From NCBI GenBank assembly GCA_964641245.1, contig CAZXML010000002.1:10548-74547 (forward strand): DNA of 64,000 nt. Direction: 5' to 3'. Below are positions 28,205-37,353 of the stretch, in pieces. Both the position numbers and the translations under genes were made by a program. The notes below the pieces were generated by a model, which did no database searches, was not told the DNA's origin, and saw only the letters and a program-made list of their open reading frames with translations. The stretch is from an uncultured Gammaproteobacteria bacterium (GTDB taxonomy: Bacteria; Patescibacteriota; Patescibacteriia; Magasanikbacterales; GWA2-37-8). How positions within the stretch are numbered: position 1 is the stretch's first letter; each line of letters opens with the position of its first letter.

Positions 28205-29731
28205 ATGTCTAATTACATCTGGGCCTTATTAGCCCTAATCGGAACAGGCGCCGGAGCCGGTGTCGGGTATTTTTTGCGTAAAAAAATTGCTCAAGCCCAA
28301 GCCAACTCCATGGAAGCTAGGGCGGACAAAATGCTTACGGAAGCAAAAACCCATCAGCAGGAAATTATCCTGCAGGGCAAGGAAAAAGCCACGCAAATTG
28401 TAGACGAGGCCAAACGCGAGGAAAAGACCGTCCGCCAGGAATTGCATACTTTGCAGGAAAGATTGGAAAGACGCGAAACAATGTTTGACCAAAAACTTTT
28501 GGAACTGCAGGGCAATCAGCAAAAATTACAGGAACAGGCCGTAAAAATTCAACAGGTAAAATTGGATATAGAAAAAATGCGCGACCAGGAAATTGAACGT
28601 TTGCAGGAAATTTCCAACTTAAGCAAAGATGCCGCCAAGGCCGAATTGCTAACTCGCGTAGAAGAACAAAGCAAGAGTGATTTGATGGCCCGCGTTTTAA
28701 AATTGGATAAAGAATCCATTGAAGTCTACGACGCCAAAGCTAGAGAACTTATCACCGACGCCATTCAACGCGTCGCCTCTTCTCATGCCGCGGAAGTCAC
28801 TTCCACTACCGTGCACTTGCCCAGCGAAGATATGAAGGGCCGCATTATCGGCAAAGAAGGACGCAACATTAAAGCCATAGAAAAATTAACCGGTTGTGAA
28901 CTGGTGATAGACGACTCTCCGGATACTATTATGGTATCGGGCTTCTCCCCTATCCGCCGGCAAATTGCAAAATTGGCTTTAGAAAAATTAATGGCCGACG
29001 GCCGTATTCAACCGGCGCGCATTGAAGAGTTTGTGGAAAAAGCCAAACAAGATTTAGCTTTAGATATTAAAAAAGCCGGCGAAGAAGCTCTATACAAAAT
29101 GAGCATCACCGGTGTTGATCCTAAACTGGTTGGAATTGTGGGCCGTCTAAAATATCGCACCAGTTACGGCCAGAACATTTTAATTCATTCCATGGAGGTA
29201 GGATATTTGTCCGCCATCATTGCCAGTGAATTGGGACTAGATGCCGCCAAAGCCAAAAAGTGTGGTTTCTTCCACGACATCGGTAAAGCGGTTGATCAGG
29301 AAACCCAAGGTTCTCATCCGGAAATCGGCCACATGATTCTAAAGAAATTCAACATGGATGAAGACGTTTGCCAAACAGCTCTCACCCATCATCAGGATAA
29401 AGCTTTTAACATCTATGCCACCATTGCCAAAGCCGCGGACGCAATTTCCGGAGCCAGAATCGGCGCCCGCAAAGACAGCTATGAACAATTTGTGGCGCGT
29501 TTGCAGGATTTGGAAAAGACCGCCGCCAGCTTCCCGGGCATTGATAAGGTTTACGCTATTCAAGCCGGCCGCGAAATACGCATCTTTGTTAAACCAAACG
29601 AAGTTGATGATTATTCCGCCTTCCAATTAGCCAAAGACATCTCCCGCAAAATTGAACAGGAATTGCAATATCCAGGTGAAATCCGCGTTACCATTATCCG
29701 CGAGACTCGCGTGGTTGAGTACGCGAAGTAA
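28205..29731 (+). CDS. rny: ribonuclease Y
   Basis: N-terminal TM (IWALLALIGTGAGAGVGYFL), coiled-coil, KH (GRIIGKEGRNIKAIE), HD domain (HSMEVGYL...FFHDIGK); upstream in-frame extension to 28142 is family D repeat, so ATG 28205 chosen. Confidence 0.9.
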   Translation: MSNYIWALLALIGTGAGAGVGYFLRKKIAQAQANSMEARADKMLTEAKTHQQEIILQGKEKATQIVDEAKREEKTVRQELHTLQERLERRETMFDQKLLELQGNQQKLQEQAVKIQQVKLDIEKMRDQEIERLQEISNLSKDAAKAELLTRVEEQSKSDLMARVLKLDKESIEVYDAKARELITDAIQRVASSHAAEVTSTTVHLPSEDMKGRIIGKEGRNIKAIEKLTGCELVIDDSPDTIMVSGFSPIRRQIAKLALEKLMADGRIQPARIEEFVEKAKQDLALDIKKAGEEALYKMSITGVDPKLVGIVGRLKYRTSYGQNILIHSMEVGYLSAIIASELGLDAAKAKKCGFFHDIGKAVDQETQGSHPEIGHMILKKFNMDEDVCQTALTHHQDKAFNIYATIAKAADAISGARIGARKDSYEQFVARLQDLEKTAASFPGIDKVYAIQAGREIRIFVKPNEVDDYSAFQLAKDISRKIEQELQYPGEIRVTIIRETRVVEYAK

Positions 29732-29898
29732 TTGTGGTACAATACAGGCTAACCTTAGAGAAATTTATATTGTCATTCTGAGTGAAACGAAGAATCTCTG
29801 TCCAAATTGGACAACAAACAGACAGGGATCCTTCACGTGCGTTCAGGATGACAGATGGAAAATATGAACAAGCCAATTTATAGAAAGGGGGTGAAACT

Positions 29899-30174
29899 AT
29901 GAACAAAGCAGATTTAGCGCAACACGTAGCCGAAAAGCTTTCTTTACCAAAACGCCAGGTTGAGGACACTCTTAACGCCATTCTTGATACAGTTGTAGAA
30001 CAATTAAAGAAAGGCGAAGAAGCTGTTTTCACTGGTTTTGGCGCTTTCAGCGCAAAATTGCGCGCTGCGCGCGTAGGTGTAAACCCACAGAACCCTTCTC
30101 AAAAAATCAACATCCCGGCTGTAACCGTTCCTAAATTCAAGGCAGGAAAAGCCTTAAAAGACGCTCTAAAATAA
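29899..30174 (+). CDS. hup: DNA-binding protein HU
   Basis: 91 aa; FGAFSAKLRAARVGVNPQNP...IPAVTVPKFKAGKALKDA. Confidence 0.92.
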   Translation: MNKADLAQHVAEKLSLPKRQVEDTLNAILDTVVEQLKKGEEAVFTGFGAFSAKLRAARVGVNPQNPSQKINIPAVTVPKFKAGKALKDALK

Positions 30175-30200
30175 GGGCTAAAGCCCATATATTAACAAAG

Positions 30201-30237
30201 ACCCCTCCGCCTTTATATCGGGGGTGTTTTTGTTTTT
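30201..30237 (+). terminator. intrinsic terminator after hup
   Basis: cccctccgcc...ggggtg hairpin plus tttttgttttt. Confidence 0.6.
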
Positions 30238-30322
30238 GGCCTCGCTTATTGGCAAATACTGTCCGATATGCTATGCTTCTAAAACCTGCCAACAATTACT
30301 CATTGAAAAAAGAGGTGCGGCG

Positions 30323-31198
30323 ATGCCAAAAAATGATGGCTGGAACGAATTACAACAATACGCGCAGTATCTTTCTCGCTATCCGGTGATTCGAGACCCA
30401 AAAAAAGTTGCCGGACTGTTTAAGCGGTGGAAAAAACACGGGGATCGTCAGGCATATGACCAACTGGTCTATAGTAATACCAGACTCATTATTGCCATCG
30501 CTTTAAAATTTCGCGGCTGTGGTGTTCCACTTCCTGATCTAGTTCAGGAAGGTTTCTTGGGCCTCATGAGGGCGTTGGAAGACTGGGACGAAACACGAGC
30601 CAGTTTAGGCACGCATGCTAGCTGGTGGATTTGGTCAGCAATGCTCCAACTAATATCTGGCATCAGTATGAAACGGCCCTACCGCTTGCCGTCAAAAATC
30701 TATCAGCGAGTAGGATTGGTGGCCAGGATTATAAAGGATTTCTCTGATCAATACGATCGCTGGCCAAACGACCAAGAAGTGTATGAACGGATCCATGCGG
30801 TGGACGGCACCAAAGATGAAACGCGCGATCTCAAACACATGACTTTACGCGAAATAAAACTTTGCCGGCGTCTCCTTGTCGAAAGATACTGCTCTTTAGA
30901 CTCTCCTCCTCTGCCAATAAATGGAGAGGAAGGAAAAGAACGCTTCCTAAGCGATGTTGTTGCAGACACCAAAGTTGATGTGGATCAAATAGTGGAAAGC
31001 CGGTACGACCTAAAAAAAATTGAGGCGGAAATAGACAAGCTGGAACCAAGAGAGCGCGTGATTATTCGCTCGCGCTTCCTGGAAGAAATCACTCTTGCAG
31101 AAATTGGCAAAAGCTACGGCGTAAGCTGCGAGCGTATCCGGCAAATTGAAGAGCAGGTTGTTAAGAAAATAGGACAAAAACTCGGAATAAGAAAATAA
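30323..31198 (+). CDS. RNA polymerase sigma-70 family factor (regions 2-4)
   Basis: region 2 YDQLVYSNTRLIIAIALKFRG...VQEGFLGLMRALEDWD; region 4 ITLAEIGKSYGVSCERIRQIE; ATG 30323 with AGAGGTG RBS preferred over 30224, which overlaps terminator. Confidence 0.8.
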   Translation: MPKNDGWNELQQYAQYLSRYPVIRDPKKVAGLFKRWKKHGDRQAYDQLVYSNTRLIIAIALKFRGCGVPLPDLVQEGFLGLMRALEDWDETRASLGTHASWWIWSAMLQLISGISMKRPYRLPSKIYQRVGLVARIIKDFSDQYDRWPNDQEVYERIHAVDGTKDETRDLKHMTLREIKLCRRLLVERYCSLDSPPLPINGEEGKERFLSDVVADTKVDVDQIVESRYDLKKIEAEIDKLEPRERVIIRSRFLEEITLAEIGKSYGVSCERIRQIEEQVVKKIGQKLGIRK

Positions 31199-31212
31199 AA
31201 AAAATAGATTTC

Positions 31213-31300
31213 GCCCCGACTGCGTGTCATACTCGCAATCGGGGTTTATTTTTTCTAGTCGCCACCACCCCCACCACGCAATTGCGTGGTGGGGGTGGCG
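31213..31300. terminator. terminator hairpin plus perfect 40-bp GC-rich palindrome between convergent genes
   Basis: ccccgactgcg...cgcaatcgggg + T-run; then ccaccacccccaccacgcaattgcgtggtgggggtggcgg. Confidence 0.55.
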
Positions 31301-31316
31301 GAAGGAAAATAAAAAA

Positions 31317-32456
31317 CTAATCCTGAAGCGCGGTACAAACTTTTGCCGGCGGAAAGATTTTATCAACCGCTTTGTGAAACAAATAACCGATTCCCAAAAA
31401 TAATCCCAAATAAATAATTGTGGCCGCGCCGGCGGAAATTCTTCCGTATAAAAAATTATAACGGTAAAGCAATGGCCAGTGCAATAAATATATTTCAAAG
31501 GAATACAAACCGAACAAAGTCAGAATTTTAAAATTAATTTTTTTAAAAAGAAATACCGCCAGTACTGCCGTGGCGGCAAGCAAGCTAAAGATAGCCTCTT
31601 TTTTCCAGCTCTCTCCAACGCTTGAATGATAATAAGTATAAATAAAAACTCCTCCCGCCAATACAATCAAAGCCCGGCGCAAAATATTTTCCAGATGGTA
31701 TTTTTTAAATATAGAACCCAGCTGCTGGCCAAACTTGGCAATAAATGCCGGCGGCTGATTGATTAACGCGCCCATTGCCATTCCCAGCGGAAGTGCCAAA
31801 AAATGAAGCTTGTACAGTTTTAACACCGCTTCGGAAAAAATATTTAGTTGCAAAATATAATGAATAGCCAGCCAGCCGATGCCGGCCATTGCCAAAGCCG
31901 ACAATACCGGAAATCGGCGCCGGAAAATAAGCGGAAATAAAAAACTATAGAAAAGCAGAGGCGTAATATACCACAGCGGAGAATTTAGATCCGCGTATAT
32001 ATCCGCGCTCGGAAAAAATCCTAAAATATTTTCTATAATGGTTTTTAAAGGATAAGTTTGGCGCGCAAAAAGAAAATTAAGCAGTAAAAAAAATAAAACA
32101 GTAGCCGCTACGGGCAGACAAATTCTCCGTATGCGTTTTAAATAAAATTTGCCGGCCGCTAATGGACGCTTTGAGGCGGAAGCCGCCAGGCCGTAACCGG
32201 ATAAAATTAAAAATAAGTCCACGCCCACGCCCGCGTAATTGGATAACGGAACCAAAAAACTCCGGTCGCTGACCAAAAAATAACCGATGTGCGAAAATAC
32301 CACCATTAAAATTGCCAAGCCTTTTAGTTCGGCGGTAGTTTGTAATGGAAAAAAGGAATTGTCTTTTGCCCGGCGCGCGGAAATTACGAGCGCCAGCAAT
32401 AGAACCGCCCCCACAATAATAGTTTCCCGAAACGCGTTAGTAATCAAGATTGTCAT
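31317..32456 (-). CDS. acyltransferase family 3 (OafA/OatA-like) membrane protein
   Basis: LKGLAILMVVFSHIGYF, 10+ TM helices; ATG 32456 with GGAG RBS preferred over 32489. Confidence 0.75.
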   Translation of the reverse strand: MTILITNAFRETIIVGAVLLLALVISARRAKDNSFFPLQTTAELKGLAILMVVFSHIGYFLVSDRSFLVPLSNYAGVGVDLFLILSGYGLAASASKRPLAAGKFYLKRIRRICLPVAATVLFFLLLNFLFARQTYPLKTIIENILGFFPSADIYADLNSPLWYITPLLFYSFLFPLIFRRRFPVLSALAMAGIGWLAIHYILQLNIFSEAVLKLYKLHFLALPLGMAMGALINQPPAFIAKFGQQLGSIFKKYHLENILRRALIVLAGGVFIYTYYHSSVGESWKKEAIFSLLAATAVLAVFLFKKINFKILTLFGLYSFEIYLLHWPLLYRYNFLYGRISAGAATIIYLGLFLGIGYLFHKAVDKIFPPAKVCTALQD

Positions 32457-33180
32457 ATATAATTTTACTCCAGAAATCGTAACCTTCATCTGAAGGGTGA
32501 AAATTATCCGTGGAATAATATAAAGGATCGGCGAATGCTTTGGCGCGCGTCAAAGTATACATATCAACAAGGTTAACCTGCCGGCCGGCGGTAGCGTTAT
32601 TTATAAAAGTGTTATAACGTTTGGTTTGCCAATCAAAATATAACCGATACGGCGGAATAAAAACCGATTTATCTCCCAAAAAGGGGGCGTTGATAATATT
32701 TAAATGTTTTGTGGTACCGGATAATTTATCAATAATATTGGAAATTGTGTGTTGAAATAAGCCCGTTGGCACCTGATTGTGCATATCGTTAACTCCAACA
32801 GCGACGGTAATTATATCCGGACGAAACTGCGCCGCCTGCGGCACCTGAATTTTTAAAACATCTTCGGCTGTTGCGCCCGGCCAACCCAAATTAATTACAG
32901 TAACCTGCGCGTTTTGTTTTTCCGTTAAAAGTTTAGCCAGGCGGTACGGATAGGTTTTATCTTCCGCGGTAGCGCCAATTCCGGCCGTTAAACTGTCTCC
33001 CAAGGCCACGTAAACTATTTTTTTGGTAAAAGCGTTGGCGGAAAAAGGCGCGGTTATAATTTGGTGAGTGGTTGGATTGGCCAGGTTGCTTGCGCCGAGC
33101 GTTTTATAAACATAAGCATAAGCCCGGTTAAGATACAGGCCCGCGCCCAAAATTATAAATATAATAATCAAATACTTCAT
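32437..33180 (-). CDS. SGNH/GDSL hydrolase family protein
   Basis: block I VALGDSLTAG, block V DNFHPSDEGY (DxxH); N-terminal signal/TM. Confidence 0.8.
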   Translation of the reverse strand: MKYLIIIFIILGAGLYLNRAYAYVYKTLGASNLANPTTHQIITAPFSANAFTKKIVYVALGDSLTAGIGATAEDKTYPYRLAKLLTEKQNAQVTVINLGWPGATAEDVLKIQVPQAAQFRPDIITVAVGVNDMHNQVPTGLFQHTISNIIDKLSGTTKHLNIINAPFLGDKSVFIPPYRLYFDWQTKRYNTFINNATAGRQVNLVDMYTLTRAKAFADPLYYSTDNFHPSDEGYDFWSKIIYDNLDY

Positions 33181-33418
33181 AGAACTGATACTGGGTTATT
33201 TCCGCCGCTGGTTTAACGTCGCTAAAAATTGACCGCTATTTTTGGCTGTCATCCTGAACGCAGTGAAGGATCTCTATCCGTCGTTTGTTCGTGAATTGGA
33301 CAGAGATTCTTCTCCGTCCTATGGCGGATCAGAATGACAATTGAGGGAACTCACAATGAGATTGTAGCGCAGATATTATATCAAAATTATTGACATTTGC
33401 CTAAAATACCGTTATCCT

Positions 33419-34681
33419 ATGACCGCTATGTCTACAATAGAAATCATGTCACCGGCGGGGTCGTTTGCCTCGCTAAACACCGCTATTAAAGCCGGAGCAA
33501 ATTCCGTGTATTTTGGCATTGAACAGCTGAATATGCGCGCCCGGGCCGCTAATAATTTTAAAACATCCGACCTGCCGGAAATCGTCCGCATCTGCAAAGC
33601 CAAAAATGTTAAAACATATCTTACTGTAAACACCATTCTTTACGACCATGATTTAACGCTTTTAAAAAAGATTTGCGATGCGGCCAAAGCCAACGGGGTA
33701 ACGGCGATTATCGCTTCCGATGTCGCCGCGTTTCAATACGCCAATTCCATCGGGCTGGAAATTCATATTTCTACCCAGCAAAATGTAAGCAATATAGAAG
33801 CGGTACGATTTTTTGCCAAGTTTGCCGATGTGATTGTGCTGGCGCGCGAACTTACTTTGAATCAAATTAAAAAAATAATTAAACAAATTAAAGACGAAAA
33901 AATTACCGGCCCCCGCGGCGAACTGATTAAAATAGAAATTTTCGCCCACGGCGCTTTGTGCGTAGCCATATCCGGAAAATGCTACATGAGTCTGGCCACC
34001 CAAAATGCTTCCGCCAACCGCGGGGCCTGCACGCAAAATTGCCGCCGCACTTACCGCGTTATAGATGAAGAAAACGGCGAAGAGCTGGTGCTGGATAACA
34101 AATACATAATGTCGCCCAAAGATTTATGCACCATCGGTTTTTTGGATCAGATTTTAAAAGCCGGGGTTAGTGTGCTTAAACTGGAAGGCCGGGGCCGTTC
34201 GCCGGAATATGTTCACGTGGTCACCAAATGCTACCGCGAGGCCGCCGATGCCGTGGAAAACAACACCTACACTCCGGAAAAAATCGCCGACTGGACCAAA
34301 CAGCTGGAAACCGTTTACAACCGGGGCTTGTGGCACGGCGGTTATTACCTGGGCAAACAGCTGGGCGAATGGAGCGGAGAATACGGTTCGCACACCACCA
34401 CCCAAAATGATTACGTCGGGCATGTCACCAATTTTTTCCGCAAAATAAATGTGGGAGAATTTTTGATTGAAGCCGGAGTCATTAAAGCGGGCGAGGAAAT
34501 TTTAATTACCGGCGACACTACCGGTGTAGTCAAATGCAAAGTGGAAGAAATTATTTTAAATGATAAAGCGGCGGACAGCGCCAAACAAGGCGACACCATT
34601 ACTTTTAAAGTCCCGGACCAAATCCGCTACAACGACAAATTGTTTGTCATCCGCAACCGTGTAGGGTCTGTCGCCAAATAG
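33419..34681 (+). CDS. peptidase U32 family protein
   Basis: EIMSPAGSFASLNTAIKAGANSVYFG, conserved E...CxxxxSGxC core. Confidence 0.8.
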   Translation: MTAMSTIEIMSPAGSFASLNTAIKAGANSVYFGIEQLNMRARAANNFKTSDLPEIVRICKAKNVKTYLTVNTILYDHDLTLLKKICDAAKANGVTAIIASDVAAFQYANSIGLEIHISTQQNVSNIEAVRFFAKFADVIVLARELTLNQIKKIIKQIKDEKITGPRGELIKIEIFAHGALCVAISGKCYMSLATQNASANRGACTQNCRRTYRVIDEENGEELVLDNKYIMSPKDLCTIGFLDQILKAGVSVLKLEGRGRSPEYVHVVTKCYREAADAVENNTYTPEKIADWTKQLETVYNRGLWHGGYYLGKQLGEWSGEYGSHTTTQNDYVGHVTNFFRKINVGEFLIEAGVIKAGEEILITGDTTGVVKCKVEEIILNDKAADSAKQGDTITFKVPDQIRYNDKLFVIRNRVGSVAK

Positions 34682-34806
34682 TCAAAACGTTTAATTGTCA
34701 TTCTGAGCGTAGCGACGAATCTCTGTCCGGTTGGCCAAATAACGACTGACAGAGATCCTTCATTTCATTCAGGATGACATTTGGCGACACTTCCGTGTAA
34801 GTTAAT

Positions 34807-35070
34807 ATGAACACAAAAAAAAAGAAAATTATTCACTTCCGCGAAAACTGCATTGGCTGTAATTCCTGCACCGAACACGCCCCCGGCAATTGGGAAATAA
34901 ACCCGGTTGACGGCAAAGCCACCCTTAAACGCTCCCTGGAAAAAGACGAGGTCTTCATAACCGAAATTTCCGAACCGGAACTGGAAGCCAACAAGCTGGC
35001 CGCCCGCGACTGCCCGACCGGGGTTATCCGGATAGAAAATGAAAAAGGACAAGATATAACGTGGGAGTAA
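34807..35070 (+). CDS. small [4Fe-4S] ferredoxin
   Basis: CIGCNSC...CP cluster-binding pattern, 87 aa. Confidence 0.7.
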   Translation: MNTKKKKIIHFRENCIGCNSCTEHAPGNWEINPVDGKATLKRSLEKDEVFITEISEPELEANKLAARDCPTGVIRIENEKGQDITWE

Positions 35071-35143
35071 GCCCTAAAAAAACCTCTGTTTGCTCAATTA
35101 GCCTGCTTTTGTTATAATAATAGCGGTTAACAATGCTACCGGT

Positions 35144-35602
35144 ATGTTTAGAACAAAATTACAAAGTAAAAAAAGTTATATTAACCGTTGCGCCGATTTT
35201 TTAAGAAATTCTTTTGGCACAGTTTGGTTTCTAGTTTTAAATGCCCTCATTTTTGCCCTGTGGCTAATCCTTAATTCTGGCTGGATTCCAAATTCTCCAA
35301 TTTTTGACCCATACCCATATGGATTTTTGACTATGGCAGTTTCCTTGGAAGCCATATTTCTTAGTGTTATTGTTCTCATCAGCCAAAACCGTGCCAATGA
35401 AATAGACGAACTGCGGGATGACCTGGATTTGGAAATTAATATTAAAGCCGAGAGTGAAATTACCAGAATAGTAAATATGCTGGATGAAATTCACGATCAT
35501 TTGGGCCTTCCCACAAAAGATGATGCGGAATTAAGAGGAATGAAGAAAAAAACAAATATCAACGACATGCAAGATGAACTGATGCGCATAGAAAAAAATT
35601 AA
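35144..35602 (+). CDS. DUF1003 family membrane protein
   Basis: FDPYPYxxL motif, two TM helices, C-terminal coiled-coil. Confidence 0.55.
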   Translation: MFRTKLQSKKSYINRCADFLRNSFGTVWFLVLNALIFALWLILNSGWIPNSPIFDPYPYGFLTMAVSLEAIFLSVIVLISQNRANEIDELRDDLDLEINIKAESEITRIVNMLDEIHDHLGLPTKDDAELRGMKKKTNINDMQDELMRIEKN

Positions 35603-35619
35603 ACAAAATATAATACAAA

Positions 35620-35649
35620 AAAGACCGGTATTTACGCTGGTCTTTTTTT
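35620..35649 (+). terminator. intrinsic terminator
   Basis: agaccgg-tatttacg-ctggtct followed by ttttttt. Confidence 0.65.
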
Positions 35650-36140
35650 GTGACATCCAAAAAATAAAACGAGGCAGATTTATCTGAATTTGCAATGTGC
35701 AATGTGCATTTTTTGCACATTGCTTTTTGCTTGGTAAACGACGATGTTATTTTTCAGTATTTTCTTGTTCATATACGAAATGAGTGAGTATATATGCTGA
35801 AAGCCTATACACGTTATTATAAATTTACAAAATTTCTTTATACTCGGAAAAGTTTTCCCGAACAATATTCTTCCATGTCGTCGTCTCATTACCACCACCG
35901 ATATCATTTTTATGATATACAAGCAAAACATGAACAATGCAAGTATCTTTATGTAAAGCGACAATACATCTATTGCCCGAACCGTGACGAGACTGCTGGG
36001 TACCGGCAATCTTGAATTCTGTTTTACAAATTTTTACCAACGCAGAATCAATAATAGTTTCTGCGGTATTTTTTAAAAAAGTATTTTATAAAGTGTCTTT
36101 CAGTAAATGGCTCGAAAATAACATCATACTTCTTCATAAT

Positions 36141-36815
36141 CTAAAATACTTCATCCGGATTTTCTTGGGTAAAAACATCGTATGACACGATATCGTTATC
36201 ACGAGCGAATAGATACGGAAATTGCTTGTGGGTAAAATCTACAATTTCAGAAGTTTTTTTACCTTTCCATTTTTTGTCGATATCATGAATCAACTTGGTT
36301 TCTTCGGTATTGAGCGCGGACAAACCAATTTTTGCGCCACTACGCGTCTCCGCAATGAGCATGGCTCCGTCTTTGGTTTGAGTGATATCTATTTCGCCAT
36401 TGTCAAACAAATCATCAATAATTCTAAAATACGCATCCGAAACCGGCCCATATGCCAATTTGCGATAGGACATACCACTCATACTTTTAAGGTGGTAATA
36501 AAACCACCCAAAGTCGGCAAAATACAATAATTTAGCAAGTTTTGTTTTTGTGATCTTGCCATCCAAACGCAAAAAAGCCAAGATCATTTGCTTGTATTTT
36601 TCATTGTTCGGCGCCACGCCATTCTTGAGCTCTTCCAAGGAAATGCCAAATATGTCGGCTAAAATAGCCGCTTCGGACAAACTAATGTCGCGCTTACCGT
36701 GCTCAAACGACACATATGAGGTACGGGGCATACTCATCTTTTGCGCAACTTCCGATTGTGATATTCCTTTTTGTATACGCAATTGTTTTATTGCGCTATA
36801 GTAGTTTTTACTCAT
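36141..36815 (-). CDS. HTH-XRE transcriptional regulator fused to Panacea (DUF4065/GepA-like) antitoxin-type domain
   Basis: N-term IKQLRIQKGISQSEVAQKMSM (XRE HTH); C-term KLAKLLYFADFGWFYYH...YRKLAYGPVSDAYF matches DUF4065 core. Confidence 0.65.
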   Translation of the reverse strand: MSKNYYSAIKQLRIQKGISQSEVAQKMSMPRTSYVSFEHGKRDISLSEAAILADIFGISLEELKNGVAPNNEKYKQMILAFLRLDGKITKTKLAKLLYFADFGWFYYHLKSMSGMSYRKLAYGPVSDAYFRIIDDLFDNGEIDITQTKDGAMLIAETRSGAKIGLSALNTEETKLIHDIDKKWKGKKTSEIVDFTHKQFPYLFARDNDIVSYDVFTQENPDEVF

Positions 36816-37031
36816 ATATTATGAAATATAATTGCACCTCGCTCGGAAAAGTTCGCGAGCGACCTTTTCTCTCACTTCACTACAATTATAAAGGTATTAT
36901 ACACCAATTATGTCTAAAAATCAACCACTGGGTGTGGATAAACTTGACACCATAAATACCTATGATAAAGTACCATGGATCGGCCTAGTCGAACCGTGAG
37001 CTACTTACCCGCCCCCCCCTAAACAATTCTT

Positions 37032-37223
37032 ATGAAGACCAACAAGATAATCATTAAAATGGCAAAAAACAAACAGCCATACGTCGTCGTCAAGGGCAAG
37101 AACAATGAAACAATTGCCATGACCGAAACCTACAAAAGCAAACAAGGCGCAAAAAAAGCTGCCGCTGCTTTAAAAAAAGTTGTAAAGAACGCTGTTGTTG
37201 TAGACAAAACTAAACAAGGTTAA
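37032..37223 (+). CDS. DUF1508 (YegP-like) domain protein
   Basis: PYVVVKGKNNETIAMTETYKSKQGAKKAAAALKKVVKNA matches YegP/UPF0339 repeat unit. Confidence 0.55.
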   Translation: MKTNKIIIKMAKNKQPYVVVKGKNNETIAMTETYKSKQGAKKAAAALKKVVKNAVVVDKTKQG

Positions 37224-37325
37224 CTTGAACAAAAGTTGCTGGTTTATAGAGATCTCGCGGAGAAAGAGGAATGATAGGAATTTTGCTATTCACCAACAGA
37301 GCTAGAAAGGCACGCCTCGTTCAAA

Positions 37326-37353
37326 AATAATCACCATTACGGTGATTATTTTT
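37326..37353. terminator. bidirectional intrinsic terminator
   Basis: aatcacc-attac-ggtgatt flanked by A-run and T-run, between convergent genes. Confidence 0.6.

Noticed and set aside
31010-31498. 162-aa minus-strand ORF overlapping sigma-factor 3' end and acyltransferase gene
   Set aside because: Overlaps two supported genes and spans the terminator palindrome. Composition not protein-like.
35680-36040. Small ORFs (109 aa, 71 aa minus; 73 aa plus) downstream of Panacea gene
   Set aside because: AT-rich and mutually overlapping. One ends inside a perfect palindrome. Kept only as toxin candidates in a finding, not annotated as CDS.
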